Sequence record: OZ240615.1
Reading direction: 5' to 3' (one strand)
Length of the DNA: 64,000 nucleotides
In this document: piece after piece, positions 1-9,634 of the stretch
Position numbering within the stretch: the stretch's first letter is position 1
Layout of the letters: each line of letters starts with the position of its first letter
Notes under the pieces: model-generated
What the model was told of the DNA's origin: nothing
Databases searched by the model: none
The model's input: the letters and a program-made list of their open reading frames with translations, nothing else
Translations under genes and position numbers: made by a program

Positions 1-89
1 TTCAATGGAAATAGATTTTACGCCATTGGTAAGCTCTTTCATTTCCACTTTGAAAAGATGACTTAAGTACGTAATCAAGATAGCCTCTC

Positions 90-1259
90 TTAAAGAAAAC
101 TGGTTTTGGTCAATTTTGCCATTTCAACGGTATTTTCCCAGTTGAGTGCTTCCGCCAAAGTAACGTCCTTACGACCGTTAAAATCTACAGGTGGGTAATT
201 TACAGCAGCGCGTGCACGGTTGGCTTCTTCTGGGGACAGTGATCTGAATGGCAACGCTTTAAATAATCGTCCGGGACGAATAATCGCATCGTCTACGCCT
301 TTAAGGTTTAGAATATTAGTCGAGATAATAAATTTGACGTTACCAGAAGTAATCCCTTCTACTGCGTTCAATAACCCAGACATCAGGCTATTACCACTTT
401 CACGTCGTTCAAGCATAACTTGTTGGTCTTCGGTAATAAACCACGAACCATCATCGAGATCATGAAGGTAGGGAATAAGACCGGGAGAAGTCAGAACATC
501 GGTCGTGTCTGCGACGACGATGTTGTCTTGCTTTTGTTGGTTTTTCCAACGTATCATTTCTCGAATGAACTGGCTCTTACCCAAACCAGGCGCACCATAT
601 AACACCAATACATTGTTATTGGATTTATCAAACGCCTCCGCTAATTCCGCCGGGGAAGTTGAGAAATAAGGCCAAAAGCCGATATAATCACTTATCGTTC
701 TTTTTGACTCTAGGCGTTTATTACGGCCTATCACCGCTTTATTAACATTTAACGAAAGACGCCCTACGGTTTCCGGGAGAGGGGCAGTAAAGAAAGCAGA
801 GACAATGTCGACAAACCCCTGGCATATCTCCTCAGGGCCATAACAGTTTACAAAGTTTTCTGAAATACCCGATCCGAAATAAAGCATTCCGATAATTTTA
901 CCACGATTATTCGCAAGGAGAAAACTCCCTGGTATAATTTCGGTGTGCGTGAAAACATTAAACTCCTTCAAGTAATCTTTTAACGGACCGCCAATAAGAC
1001 TATCTACTGCGCAATTTAATTCGCGTTGATTACCAACCAGCCAAAACCCTTTTCGCGAGAATGCCATCGGGCGGTTATTGACGCCTAAGAAAAGACGTAT
1101 TGCCTTTTTAACAGCTTCATTGGAGTTACGTACATCAGCAGAAATACGACAAAATATATCGAAGAATTCCATCATCTCTTCTTTGAGTTTACCGCTATCT
1201 GCATGAGAGTTAGAGGAAAGACTTTTGGTGAAGATGTCGTTTTTACTTTCATTGGCCAT
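90..1259 (-). CDS. AAA+ ATPase, paralog 1
   Basis: Walker A GAPGLGKS, Walker B FITED, sensor-1 FIISTN, SRH DDAIIRPGR; SD AAGGAG upstream. Confidence 0.9.
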   Translation of the reverse strand: MANESKNDIFTKSLSSNSHADSGKLKEEMMEFFDIFCRISADVRNSNEAVKKAIRLFLGVNNRPMAFSRKGFWLVGNQRELNCAVDSLIGGPLKDYLKEFNVFTHTEIIPGSFLLANNRGKIIGMLYFGSGISENFVNCYGPEEICQGFVDIVSAFFTAPLPETVGRLSLNVNKAVIGRNKRLESKRTISDYIGFWPYFSTSPAELAEAFDKSNNNVLVLYGAPGLGKSQFIREMIRWKNQQKQDNIVVADTTDVLTSPGLIPYLHDLDDGSWFITEDQQVMLERRESGNSLMSGLLNAVEGITSGNVKFIISTNILNLKGVDDAIIRPGRLFKALPFRSLSPEEANRARAAVNYPPVDFNGRKDVTLAEALNWENTVEMAKLTKTSFL

Positions 1260-1366
1260 TTAAAGAACTCCTTAGTGTATTAGATTAATTTATTGACAGG
1301 TACAACCACCGGAGAAAATGCTCTGGTAGCATTTCTCACAAATGACATCTTCTATTTTCAGAATGA

Positions 1367-1708
1367 TCATTTCTTCCCTCGCGTCGAAGGTTTCTTACCG
1401 CCGATGACCGTGACCGTAATCTCTTTACCGGAAAGATAGTTATCGACGTTCGCCATCTCTTTAACCAGATCTTTATCGGAACCTGCAGATACCCGTGCCG
1501 TTTCTTTGTCGTAAGCAATCACGGCATCGACATCATCCACGGGACATTCAAGGACAAATGCAATCTCTTCATTAGAGAGTCCCCTACTACGTAATACGGT
1601 CGGGGAAACGGGCGCGCTGAATGCAGGGAAAAGTGATTCGCGTTCCAGAGAACGCGCTAGGTTATATGCTTGCCGATCGAGTGAATTAAAATACGTCTTT
1701 CGTGCCAT
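1367..1708 (-). CDS. small HTH (sigma70 region-4/LuxR-like) protein
   Basis: LRSRGLSNEEIAFVLECPVDDV HTH pattern; start moved to MARKT (1708) after SD AAGGAG; early promoter upstream. Confidence 0.7.
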   Translation of the reverse strand: MARKTYFNSLDRQAYNLARSLERESLFPAFSAPVSPTVLRSRGLSNEEIAFVLECPVDDVDAVIAYDKETARVSAGSDKDLVKEMANVDNYLSGKEITVTVIGGKKPSTRGKK

Positions 1709-1740
1709 TTCATTAAGTCTCCTTAAGTTCATTCACTGTT

Positions 1741-1768
1741 GTGATATAGACGTGAAATAAAAACGAGA
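1741..1768 (-). promoter_or_regulatory. putative early (virion RNAP) promoter
   Basis: TATATCAC at 1741-1748 (minus strand) with hexamer TCTCGT 14 nt upstream. Confidence 0.65.
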
Positions 1769-1788
1769 GGAGTACTCCTCTCGTTTTT
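1759..1788. terminator. intrinsic terminator, perfect 30-bp palindrome
   Basis: aaaaacgagaggagtactcctctcgttttt just downstream of the AAA paralog 2 stop. Confidence 0.8.
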
Positions 1789-1792
1789 TCAA

Positions 1793-3061
1793 TTAGCGGC
1801 TGATGAAACCGCCTTGTTTGATTTCGCTCTGCAGCGCTTGATACGCCTCCCAGTTTAGCGCTTCTGCTAGGCTGAGTTTGGGCACGCTACCGAAATCAAT
1901 CGGGGGATGACCGACTGCGGCACGCGCGGCATTCGCTTGGTCAGGCGTTAACGATTTAAACGGAATGACGCGTAACGTGCGACCAGGGCGGTACAATGCG
2001 TGATCAACGTCTTTCAGCGTGGTGATGTTAGTTGAGATAATAAACTTGACGTTACCGGAAGTAATTCCTTCGGCAGCATTCAAGATCCCTGCCATCAGAC
2101 TGTTGCCTATGTCACGTGCTTCAATCATCTCGTGAGCATCTTCGGTCACTAACCAACTGTTACTGGCCATTTCATGAACGTAAGGTGTAAACTGTGGGGA
2201 TTTGAACACCGGGTTATCATCGCAGACAAATACCGTACCGTGAGAGTTCTCGTCTTTCCATTTGATCATCTCAGCGATATATTGGCTCTTACCTAACCCT
2301 GGCTCACCGTAAAGAATCAGTACGTTGGAGTCACTGGCTTCAAACTCCGCTGCCATCTCACGGGGTGGTTTTGGTGCGAAGGGCCAAAAGGCTTCTGGGT
2401 CAGTCACAGGGCGCCGCTGTTTCAGTGTTTTATACTGACTTTGAACACCTTTGTTACTGCTTAAATAGAGTCGCCGGATAGAGATATTCTTCTCTTTACA
2501 CTGGAAACTACAGAAGGTATCCTTGAGGATTTCCCCGATCGATAAGTCACCAACGTAATAGAATTGTTGTTGGTTACCGCTATCTTCTATTCGACAGGCG
2601 CCTACAATTTTATCCTCGCGAAAGATAAAGAAACTCCTGTGACTTAATGACTCAGTATAGATTCCGTACCGATTCATTTTGTCCAAGAAGAGTTTCAGTA
2701 ATTCCATTTCAAATTGAAAGACTGCGTCGCCAAAAGGACGTTCGTAGTTAATGAACGTGTAAATACGTACCGCTTCCCTTTCAACCAGTTGAAAGAAACG
2801 CATTAATAGTACCTGGTTATTTAAATTATCGCTAACACGTTCTGGACTAGGGTAAAGTCCTTTAAAAACAAGACTGTGGAATCGTTTAATCTCTTCGTAC
2901 TTTTTAACGCGAGACGTTTCACTGAGCGGTGGGTAATCGAGTAACAGCTCATGGAAGATCGCGGTGCGAGAATCCAACTCAGCATCATTCCCTTCTTCGA
3001 TTTCTTCTTCCCATGGCGCTGGGACTTCTTCTAATGCTTCACGAGTAACTTGTAAGGACAT
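1793..3061 (-). CDS. AAA+ ATPase, paralog 2
   Basis: GEPGLGKS, LVTED, FIISTN, DHALYRPGR; C-terminal half clearly alignable with 90..1259. Confidence 0.9.
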   Translation of the reverse strand: MSLQVTREALEEVPAPWEEEIEEGNDAELDSRTAIFHELLLDYPPLSETSRVKKYEEIKRFHSLVFKGLYPSPERVSDNLNNQVLLMRFFQLVEREAVRIYTFINYERPFGDAVFQFEMELLKLFLDKMNRYGIYTESLSHRSFFIFREDKIVGACRIEDSGNQQQFYYVGDLSIGEILKDTFCSFQCKEKNISIRRLYLSSNKGVQSQYKTLKQRRPVTDPEAFWPFAPKPPREMAAEFEASDSNVLILYGEPGLGKSQYIAEMIKWKDENSHGTVFVCDDNPVFKSPQFTPYVHEMASNSWLVTEDAHEMIEARDIGNSLMAGILNAAEGITSGNVKFIISTNITTLKDVDHALYRPGRTLRVIPFKSLTPDQANAARAAVGHPPIDFGSVPKLSLAEALNWEAYQALQSEIKQGGFISR

Positions 3062-3089
3062 TTATTGACTCCTTGGATAGAAAATAGAA

Positions 3090-3725
3090 TTATTTAATGG
3101 GGACTAATACGGGATGATTCTCTACTTTGCTGATTAACTGCGCTTTCGTTTTCTTATTGCCTATCATAGCGTTTCCTTTACCGGAAACAAACTTCACAAA
3201 TCCCTCGCCTGTTCTCAACTGGTTGAATATTACCCTGCCTTGTCTTTCGATAAAACGACGGTCTTCCCCTAAGGCTTTATTATCGAGTTCACCTGCAACG
3301 AATTGTAACCCAAATTGATTCCCTTTGAATAATTTATTGTTACCCGATTTAAGATAAGGAGAGTCCCCGCCGAATCCCGTTTCATCGACGTATTTAATGG
3401 AAGAAATAATGACTCTAGTAGCACGTCCTTTGTCGACTGCTTTATGAATCAATCGCACGATGTCATCAGCGAGCGTTTTCCAATTGTAAGGGTACAAGTT
3501 TCCGTGGAAATAAATCCCGATTAACTGCGACAACTCCCCTTGAGTATTGATCGCCATCAATCCGTCAAATTCACGGACTTTGTGCATATCGCTGGTAAGG
3601 CTGACAATCGGTCTTTCGCCGAAGTACATACTCGCCTGGGTCAACTCCCCGTGTTTCCCTACCGACCCAACCAACGTTTGTTTCTTATCCGTGTAACAAA
3701 AGTTTGTACTCAACACTCTTGACAT
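3090..3725 (-). CDS. hypothetical protein
   Basis: 211-aa ORF with SD, in a tightly packed minus-strand run. Confidence 0.7.
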   Translation of the reverse strand: MSRVLSTNFCYTDKKQTLVGSVGKHGELTQASMYFGERPIVSLTSDMHKVREFDGLMAINTQGELSQLIGIYFHGNLYPYNWKTLADDIVRLIHKAVDKGRATRVIISSIKYVDETGFGGDSPYLKSGNNKLFKGNQFGLQFVAGELDNKALGEDRRFIERQGRVIFNQLRTGEGFVKFVSGKGNAMIGNKKTKAQLISKVENHPVLVPIK

Positions 3726-3740
3726 TCCTTCCCTCCCGAT

Positions 3741-4112
3741 TTAAAACAATAACCCTAACGCAATGCCAACAACAGTACCAGCAACACTACCAATGACTAT
3801 ACCGACTAATACAGGTCGGAATACCTTTTTCAAAGCATTAGAACGCGCTCTATTGCGCTCTAAGCGTTCTTTCTCCGCCTCCCTTAGTTCTTCCTGTTCT
3901 TTCGCATTTAACCTATCAGCGTGAGCCTGAGCGTCTTCTGCGGACTCATAGATCGTGATAGTCCGACAGCCGAATTGGTCGGTCTCACGGGTATAACGAT
4001 ATTCGTCATCGTACCACGTAGACTTTCGATCCATCGGTAGATCGTTAATCGACAAGAGGTAGTTATCGTACATCACGACATAGCCATTTTTGTATCGATC
4101 GATTCCGTACAT
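3741..4112 (-). CDS. hypothetical membrane-anchored protein
   Basis: charged coiled-coil segment followed by C-terminal hydrophobic helix PVLVGIVIGSVAGTVVGIALGLLF. Confidence 0.75.
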   Translation of the reverse strand: MYGIDRYKNGYVVMYDNYLLSINDLPMDRKSTWYDDEYRYTRETDQFGCRTITIYESAEDAQAHADRLNAKEQEELREAEKERLERNRARSNALKKVFRPVLVGIVIGSVAGTVVGIALGLLF

Positions 4113-4122
4113 TTTATCTCTC

Positions 4123-4473
4123 TTAATGTTTTCTTAGGGAGTTTGGCTGAGGGTCCGCGTATTTAAAAACAAGTAATTCCTCACCGTCGCGTTTAAAGAA
4201 GGGACGGAGAACCATAGTCCCTTCTTCATTATTCACCACAGTGAAAATTAACGCTGAAATTCCCCTCCCGCTAATAACTATTGCGGTAATACAATGTTTA
4301 AAAGATTCCTCATTCAATTCCTGAAAAGGAATGAGTAGGTAAGATCCTTCTTCCTCATTAATGGAGATGATACTCTCTCCTGTTTTAATTTCCTCGTATG
4401 TATCAGGGTTGTAAAAGTGAAAATCTCCAATTGGTGTACTTATCGAGATGTCTTTTGTTCTTTCTTTACTCAC
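4123..4473 (-). CDS. hypothetical protein
   Basis: ORF in operon-like run. Confidence 0.65.
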   Translation of the reverse strand: MSKERTKDISISTPIGDFHFYNPDTYEEIKTGESIISINEEEGSYLLIPFQELNEESFKHCITAIVISGRGISALIFTVVNNEEGTMVLRPFFKRDGEELLVFKYADPQPNSLRKH

Positions 4474-4505
4474 TTTTCTTTTCCTCTAAAAACGTCTGAA
4501 ACTGT

Positions 4506-4865
4506 TTACCAAGGAATGACAGACGGATCTTCCGCTGTGTCAAACGCTCGGTATTGCGTAATGAACTCTGAAATCCCTTTTGCTACCCTGGCGTTAAAGG
4601 TAGCTCTGTCCAGCGAATGATACAGGATGATACTGTCGTCATGCCACCCCTCTTTACTTTTCCGTAACCAATCGATAAAGAGACGCAACCCTTCCGCTTT
4701 TTCAGACGCCTGAATGAAAACCGTATACTGATCGATGTCTACCGGTTTTTCTTTCTTTAAACGTAAGAGGTCTTTTTGCAGACGGTCTACGATAAGGTCG
4801 TAACGCATCGCAAATTGATCTTCTTGGCTCAATCGATTAAACTCTAGATAAAGTGAATTTCCCAT
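4506..4865 (-). CDS. hypothetical protein
   Basis: likely start MGNSL (4865) after a purine-rich SD; ORF track starts at 4910. Confidence 0.65.
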   Translation of the reverse strand: MGNSLYLEFNRLSQEDQFAMRYDLIVDRLQKDLLRLKKEKPVDIDQYTVFIQASEKAEGLRLFIDWLRKSKEGWHDDSIILYHSLDRATFNARVAKGISEFITQYRAFDTAEDPSVIPW

Positions 4866-5320
4866 TGTACTTCCCCTTTTCGCACTGGATAATGTTTCGA
4901 GAAATTCCAATCGATTTCCCTTAAAGGAAATATCGCCGGGTTCTTAAGGTGGTGACTAATAGGGTCGCAGTACTCAACGACTAAACCCTGTATTTCGTCT
5001 AACGCCGGTTTGATCACTTCTAAAAAGATCTCGGCGCAGATGCTGTAACTTAGTGACGTGTCGATCCACAACTTCAATGTTTTTCGATCAAAGGGTTCTA
5101 ATAGATCAGCTCTGTTAGTGACGACAACAATACGCTCCAAGACTTTGAATTCATTAACGTCAAGTTCAACGTGTTCTTTGATCAGTTGGATCCCTTTATC
5201 CAATTCCCAATTACGGGAATAAAACCCTCGTTGAGTCAGGCGATACTGCAGAAGAGTTAAAATCTTACTTTTCCCAGTCCCGGGCGCACCTACAATTTTA
5301 AACGTTACTTTGTCTTTCAT
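4844..5320 (-). CDS. small P-loop-containing protein
   Basis: N-terminal KIVGAPGTGKS Walker A; no clear Walker B. Confidence 0.65.
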   Translation of the reverse strand: MKDKVTFKIVGAPGTGKSKILTLLQYRLTQRGFYSRNWELDKGIQLIKEHVELDVNEFKVLERIVVVTNRADLLEPFDRKTLKLWIDTSLSYSICAEIFLEVIKPALDEIQGLVVEYCDPISHHLKNPAIFPLREIDWNFSKHYPVRKGEVQWEIHFI

Positions 5321-5330
5321 TCCACCCTCC

Positions 5331-5933
5331 TTATTCCAAAAAGACCCCGAAGAACCAGCGCTGCTGCGGAGCAGCGTACTGCCCTCTCACTTTCAGGACA
5401 GGGACAGAGAATCCCTTTTCCTCAGCCACTGATTTCACTGTTTGAATTATATTTTCAAATGAGGCTTTCAGGTTCTCGCTTTCCTGCACCCCGTGTTCTG
5501 AATTAAACCCTAATACGGAAAGATCCCTTTTAAGAAACTCATCCAGTTTCCAAACCTTATCCACATTACCTGTCCCTTCTAGCACCGGTAGATCCTCGGT
5601 ATTCCGACGACGGATAAACGAGAGGTTCCAGTTCTCTCCTTCCGAGTAGGGGAGACTTACGTAATGTGATACGAATATCTCCAGACGGTCTGTCTGTACC
5701 CTGGTTATGATTCGTTTCTCAACAACCCGCTTGATCTCTTCGACGTCATCCTGTCGATTGATAAACGCCACCCCAGTACTCAGGATCTCTTCGTTGTAGA
5801 GAAACCCTGCTTTCTCAAACACTAACCCCAACCCAGCCACTGTCATCTCTTTCTGGCAGAAATTCGCAATCAGTTTCTGTTCTGCCAATAAACGGTAAAC
5901 GTTAGCAGCGTACTCAATAGCGTCTTTGTCCAT
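5331..5933 (-). CDS. hypothetical protein
   Basis: 200-aa ORF with SD GAGG. Confidence 0.7.
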   Translation of the reverse strand: MDKDAIEYAANVYRLLAEQKLIANFCQKEMTVAGLGLVFEKAGFLYNEEILSTGVAFINRQDDVEEIKRVVEKRIITRVQTDRLEIFVSHYVSLPYSEGENWNLSFIRRRNTEDLPVLEGTGNVDKVWKLDEFLKRDLSVLGFNSEHGVQESENLKASFENIIQTVKSVAEEKGFSVPVLKVRGQYAAPQQRWFFGVFLE

Positions 5934-5973
5934 TCTGGAATTCCTCTAGGTTAAATTGAAAAACGTTAACGAA

Positions 5974-6276
5974 TTATTTCAACCATTCAACTTTTGTTTT
6001 CTTCAGCAGCTGACTGATCCTGGCTTCAGAGAGACCAAAGTCAACGGCAATCGCTTTATTCGGTACTCCTTTAAAATGGAGTTTCAATATCTCCAATTCT
6101 TGGTAGACTTTCAATCCTACTTTAATCTCTTCAAGGAGGTTTTGTTTCTCCTTGGTTGACAGTTTCTTGTTCTGAAGATCATTCACTGCTTCAGCTACCT
6201 TACTCAATAGCTTAGCAGAACCTACCACCAATTTATTCTCAATCTTATTCATTTCCAATTGATACGTATTTTTCAT
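5974..6276 (-). CDS. small protein with C-terminal sigma70 region-4-like HTH
   Basis: LHFKGVPNKAIAVDFGLSEARISQLLKK; start moved to MKNTY after GAGGAGGGAG. Confidence 0.7.
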   Translation of the reverse strand: MKNTYQLEMNKIENKLVVGSAKLLSKVAEAVNDLQNKKLSTKEKQNLLEEIKVGLKVYQELEILKLHFKGVPNKAIAVDFGLSEARISQLLKKTKVEWLK

Positions 6277-6637
6277 TTCTCCCTCCTCAAGATGCATAAT
6301 CCCAGAGGAGAGTGTAGAACTCTCTCTCCAGGAATGTTGATTCGTTCTCTTCACGGATAATGTCAAGGTCAACGACTAACGTAATCTTCATTTCAATCAG
6401 ATTACTTGAAGGAGTATTACTCCCTTACGCTACTCTCTTTACCTTAACCGTTTCAGTCACTCTGTTCCTTCACTCTAAGGAAGAGTAGCTGCAGTACGTA
6501 ATAGTCACATGTGTTCGACTGGATTAACTTAAAACCCCCCTCCCCAAATCCGTCTTAATTTAGTAGAGTATTTCCAAGCCAATTCCAGTCAATTATTTCG
6601 TTACGATTCACATACTAATGACATAAGTGAAAAAAGA

Positions 6638-7594
6638 TTAATCGGGTAACTTCTTAGTAAATTGGTAACGGAAAAGTTCCGTTTCAATAATGGGGAAGTA
6701 AGAACGATTCCGATATTCCAACAAAATCAGATTATGGTAAAATATCGCTTTCTTAAACTCCGCATCTGATTGTTTACTGGTACGAAATTGATACAGAGAA
6801 GGGCGATCGTTATACCCTCGACCCAAGGAAACAATCAGATTAATGAGCTTCTCTTGAGTGTCTATTCCGTCCAGAGATTCACAATGATCAAAATAGCTTT
6901 TATAAACATTATCAGACGGATCTAAGACGAACCGATAGAAATTAAATCCCGAATGTCTAATGGTCAGTTGGTATTGTTCTGGGCATTTAAAAACCTCTTG
7001 AACTGAAACTCCCGTAAGGAATTCTTCGTCTACTGAATCAGCATCAGTAGTGAGTAGCTCAACAACAGATTCTTCGGGTGATAAGGCTGCTAACTGACGA
7101 TCCTTAGTCCCTTGAATATTAGCAATGACCGCCTCCAGTTCAGGGTCTTTTGGTCGTGCCAATAATCCCACATCGATACCAGCCCCAGAATGAATCCCTC
7201 CCCCTGTCTTTAACTCGAGAATCATATTTTTTATCTGCTGTCGTGAATACGCCGTTAATGTCGTATCATCGTAAAACAACTGCCTATGACAATATTCCGC
7301 TTCAGCAAAAGCGTTAAGTAAACCAATGAGAGCATTGATATTCTCCTCATTTTTGTCAGTAGCGTTGAACGGTGCTGATACCACGATATTAGGGCGAAAG
7401 AAAAGGTCGCCAGGTAACCGCACCAATGTTCCGCTATTCAGTCCATTGAACTGTATACCTAACCGATCAAATCGGTTTATCCAAGGACACCCCTTGGCAT
7501 TGGTCAATGCAATTCGGAGATTTTGTTCCGGGAAATAATGGTCTAATGTTTTACCGTCAGAGGTGTCTACGACCCGATACAGAACTTTTTTCAT
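6638..7594 (-). CDS. hypothetical protein
   Basis: 318-aa ORF, start overlaps the previous stop. Confidence 0.75.
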   Translation of the reverse strand: MKKVLYRVVDTSDGKTLDHYFPEQNLRIALTNAKGCPWINRFDRLGIQFNGLNSGTLVRLPGDLFFRPNIVVSAPFNATDKNEENINALIGLLNAFAEAEYCHRQLFYDDTTLTAYSRQQIKNMILELKTGGGIHSGAGIDVGLLARPKDPELEAVIANIQGTKDRQLAALSPEESVVELLTTDADSVDEEFLTGVSVQEVFKCPEQYQLTIRHSGFNFYRFVLDPSDNVYKSYFDHCESLDGIDTQEKLINLIVSLGRGYNDRPSLYQFRTSKQSDAEFKKAIFYHNLILLEYRNRSYFPIIETELFRYQFTKKLPD

Positions 7595-7854
7595 TTCCTA
7601 TCTCCCCCACCCAAGTACTTCAAGTTAGCAACAAAACCGCTCTTGGCTAATGATGACAAATCCTTCTGACCGATCAGACGAAGAAAGGTACGGTTAACTA
7701 CCGCGTTAGCTCGTATACCTACCGGGAGTTTACCTATCTCCCGTAAAGCGAGTTTGATACGCGTACGGAACGTTTTACACAGATTTTCATCAAAACGTGC
7801 AATAGCCTTTACTTCTGCCTCAATGACTTTCATGTTCATTCTCTTTCTCCTCAA
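7591..7854 (-). CDS. small basic hypothetical protein
   Basis: K/R-rich 87-aa ORF with GAGGAG SD. Confidence 0.65.
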   Translation of the reverse strand: MRRKRMNMKVIEAEVKAIARFDENLCKTFRTRIKLALREIGKLPVGIRANAVVNRTFLRLIGQKDLSSLAKSGFVANLKYLGGGDRK

Positions 7855-7864
7855 ATTATTGTTA

Positions 7865-8230
7865 TCAGTGTTTCGTTAATAAAGGTAAAAGTTCCTCTGG
7901 GAACTCTGCTAAGGGGCGTTTCTCGCCGTCACTTCTCATGGCCACGGGAAAACCTTGTTGACTATATCCCACTACCTTAACGAGGCAAATACTTGAAACG
8001 TGCCCTGCTTCAAAAACGGTTCCGTTCTTCGCCAACCAATACTCGATAATCGTTTTCTCAGTAAAGAAATCTTTAGCCGTTGTGAGAAAACACTCAGGCG
8101 CCTCCGTATGCGTTTTAAATACTACAAGGTAATATTTATCGATTAACAGCTGATCGATGCTTAGAGAGACGTTCAGAAACGATTCAGGCCGTTTTAACTG
8201 TGTCTCGGTAATGTCAATGGAAACTTTCAC
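7865..8230 (-). CDS. hypothetical protein
   Basis: ORF in operon-like run. Confidence 0.65.
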   Translation of the reverse strand: MKVSIDITETQLKRPESFLNVSLSIDQLLIDKYYLVVFKTHTEAPECFLTTAKDFFTEKTIIEYWLAKNGTVFEAGHVSSICLVKVVGYSQQGFPVAMRSDGEKRPLAEFPEELLPLLTKH

Positions 8231-8245
8231 ACGGTGTCCCCTTGG

Positions 8246-8692
8246 TTAGAAATACAAATGAATATCCACTAAAGATGCCCCTAAAACCTCATCGGTCATA
8301 CGACGAACCGTTACCGGGTCTAACTTCCCATTCCCGCACCCCAGATGCGACATCGCCAATGTATTAATCCCGTAACGTTCTATTGCTACGGCAATGTGTT
8401 CCAAACAGCTTTTAACCCATTCGTACCGAGAAGGGTAACGCCAATGGTCTTTAGTGGCGACGAGTAATAATTTTGTACCGTCTTTCGCGGTCGTGTACCA
8501 GCACATACCGGGTTTCCAATACCCTTTCCCGCATTGTTCTTTGTACTTAGAAAACACCTCAGGATGTCGTTGTTTGGCCTCCAGTGCAATGCCTGTACCC
8601 ATCACCCCTACGCAGTTTACCGTTACGACCTTGACGGAATCTTCTACTTCGTCTTCGAATAGATTTCCTTTGCGTAATAATATTACCGCCAT
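8246..8692 (-). CDS. macrodomain ADP-ribose hydrolase (TARG1/DarG-like)
   Basis: KGNLF...VTVNCVGVMGTGIA...TKDHWR...LGCGNGKLD motif order. Confidence 0.88.
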   Translation of the reverse strand: MAVILLRKGNLFEDEVEDSVKVVTVNCVGVMGTGIALEAKQRHPEVFSKYKEQCGKGYWKPGMCWYTTAKDGTKLLLVATKDHWRYPSRYEWVKSCLEHIAVAIERYGINTLAMSHLGCGNGKLDPVTVRRMTDEVLGASLVDIHLYF

Positions 8693-9169
8693 GTATTCTT
8701 CCCCTTACGCTTTCTGAAATTTTAGAGCATAAATCGCAGCCCTTTACGGACTACGCTAAATAAAAAATTATTTAATACATAAAAAATGATTGCCATAAAA
8801 GAATAGGTCAACCCCGGGTAATCGGCAAGGATGTCGTTCGGTCCACACGTTCTCGCTCCGTTCCGTATCCTCTCCCTCTACGAGTGTGAGTCTACTACAC
8901 TACTCTCGCTCGTGTTCCCCTCTCTCCTCTCTTCTTGCCGATTCCAATTTTGTTCATAGAAATATAAGGAATAATTTTTTAAATTTCCAGAGAGGAATGG
9001 TAATGACTCTCTCTGAAATCTATCAGATTGAGTAAGCGATTTCTTTACAGGTTAAATGTATTTTAACAGTAGAAATAAACTATGTTAAATTTCGATTAGA
9101 AATTTTCTCTACACTTACCGTAAGGCATAAGCTTCGCTGTTCGGTATATGTGAATAGGCGGCGAGGTGT

Positions 9170-9634
9170 TTAGCGCGGGCGAGCGAGGCCGCTGGCGAGG
9201 AGTCGATGGCAATCCGCCAACAGCGATAAACGATAAGGTGTAAAGTTAGCTTCAGTCAATACACCGTTATCGATTAACCGTTGGAAGAAGATACCCGAGG
9301 CAAAATCCCAAGGACACCAAAATGTTTTCCGTTCATTTGCTAATGCTAATGCCTCAGTCACTAAACGCTGCGCGATTCCTGTACCACGTAGCGACTTCTT
9401 AACGTAGAGCATTGCCGTGTAGACAAAATTTACGCCATTTCCATCTGGTATTAAGACGCACACCGCCTGATAGCTATTCTTCCCTTCCGGAGAATAGAAT
9501 ACCGCTTTACACGGCCATTCCCCAGTACGCTGCTCATAGATTCCCTCTAGCATTTTCCCTTTCAGTAGATACAGTTCATGCTCTAAACACAAACGGTAAA
9601 CTTCATTAGTCCCTTCAATAACACTGTAACCCAT
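9170..9634 (-). CDS. GNAT-family acetyltransferase
   Basis: acetyl-CoA motif A LYVKKSLRGTGIAQRLV; later FFQRL. Confidence 0.8.
   Translation of the reverse strand: MGYSVIEGTNEVYRLCLEHELYLLKGKMLEGIYEQRTGEWPCKAVFYSPEGKNSYQAVCVLIPDGNGVNFVYTAMLYVKKSLRGTGIAQRLVTEALALANERKTFWCPWDFASGIFFQRLIDNGVLTEANFTPYRLSLLADCHRLLASGLARPR

Noticed and set aside
4506-4540. C-terminal EDPSVIPW as a second SSB-tip mimic
   Set aside because: Lacks the acidic DDD cluster and the flexible linker
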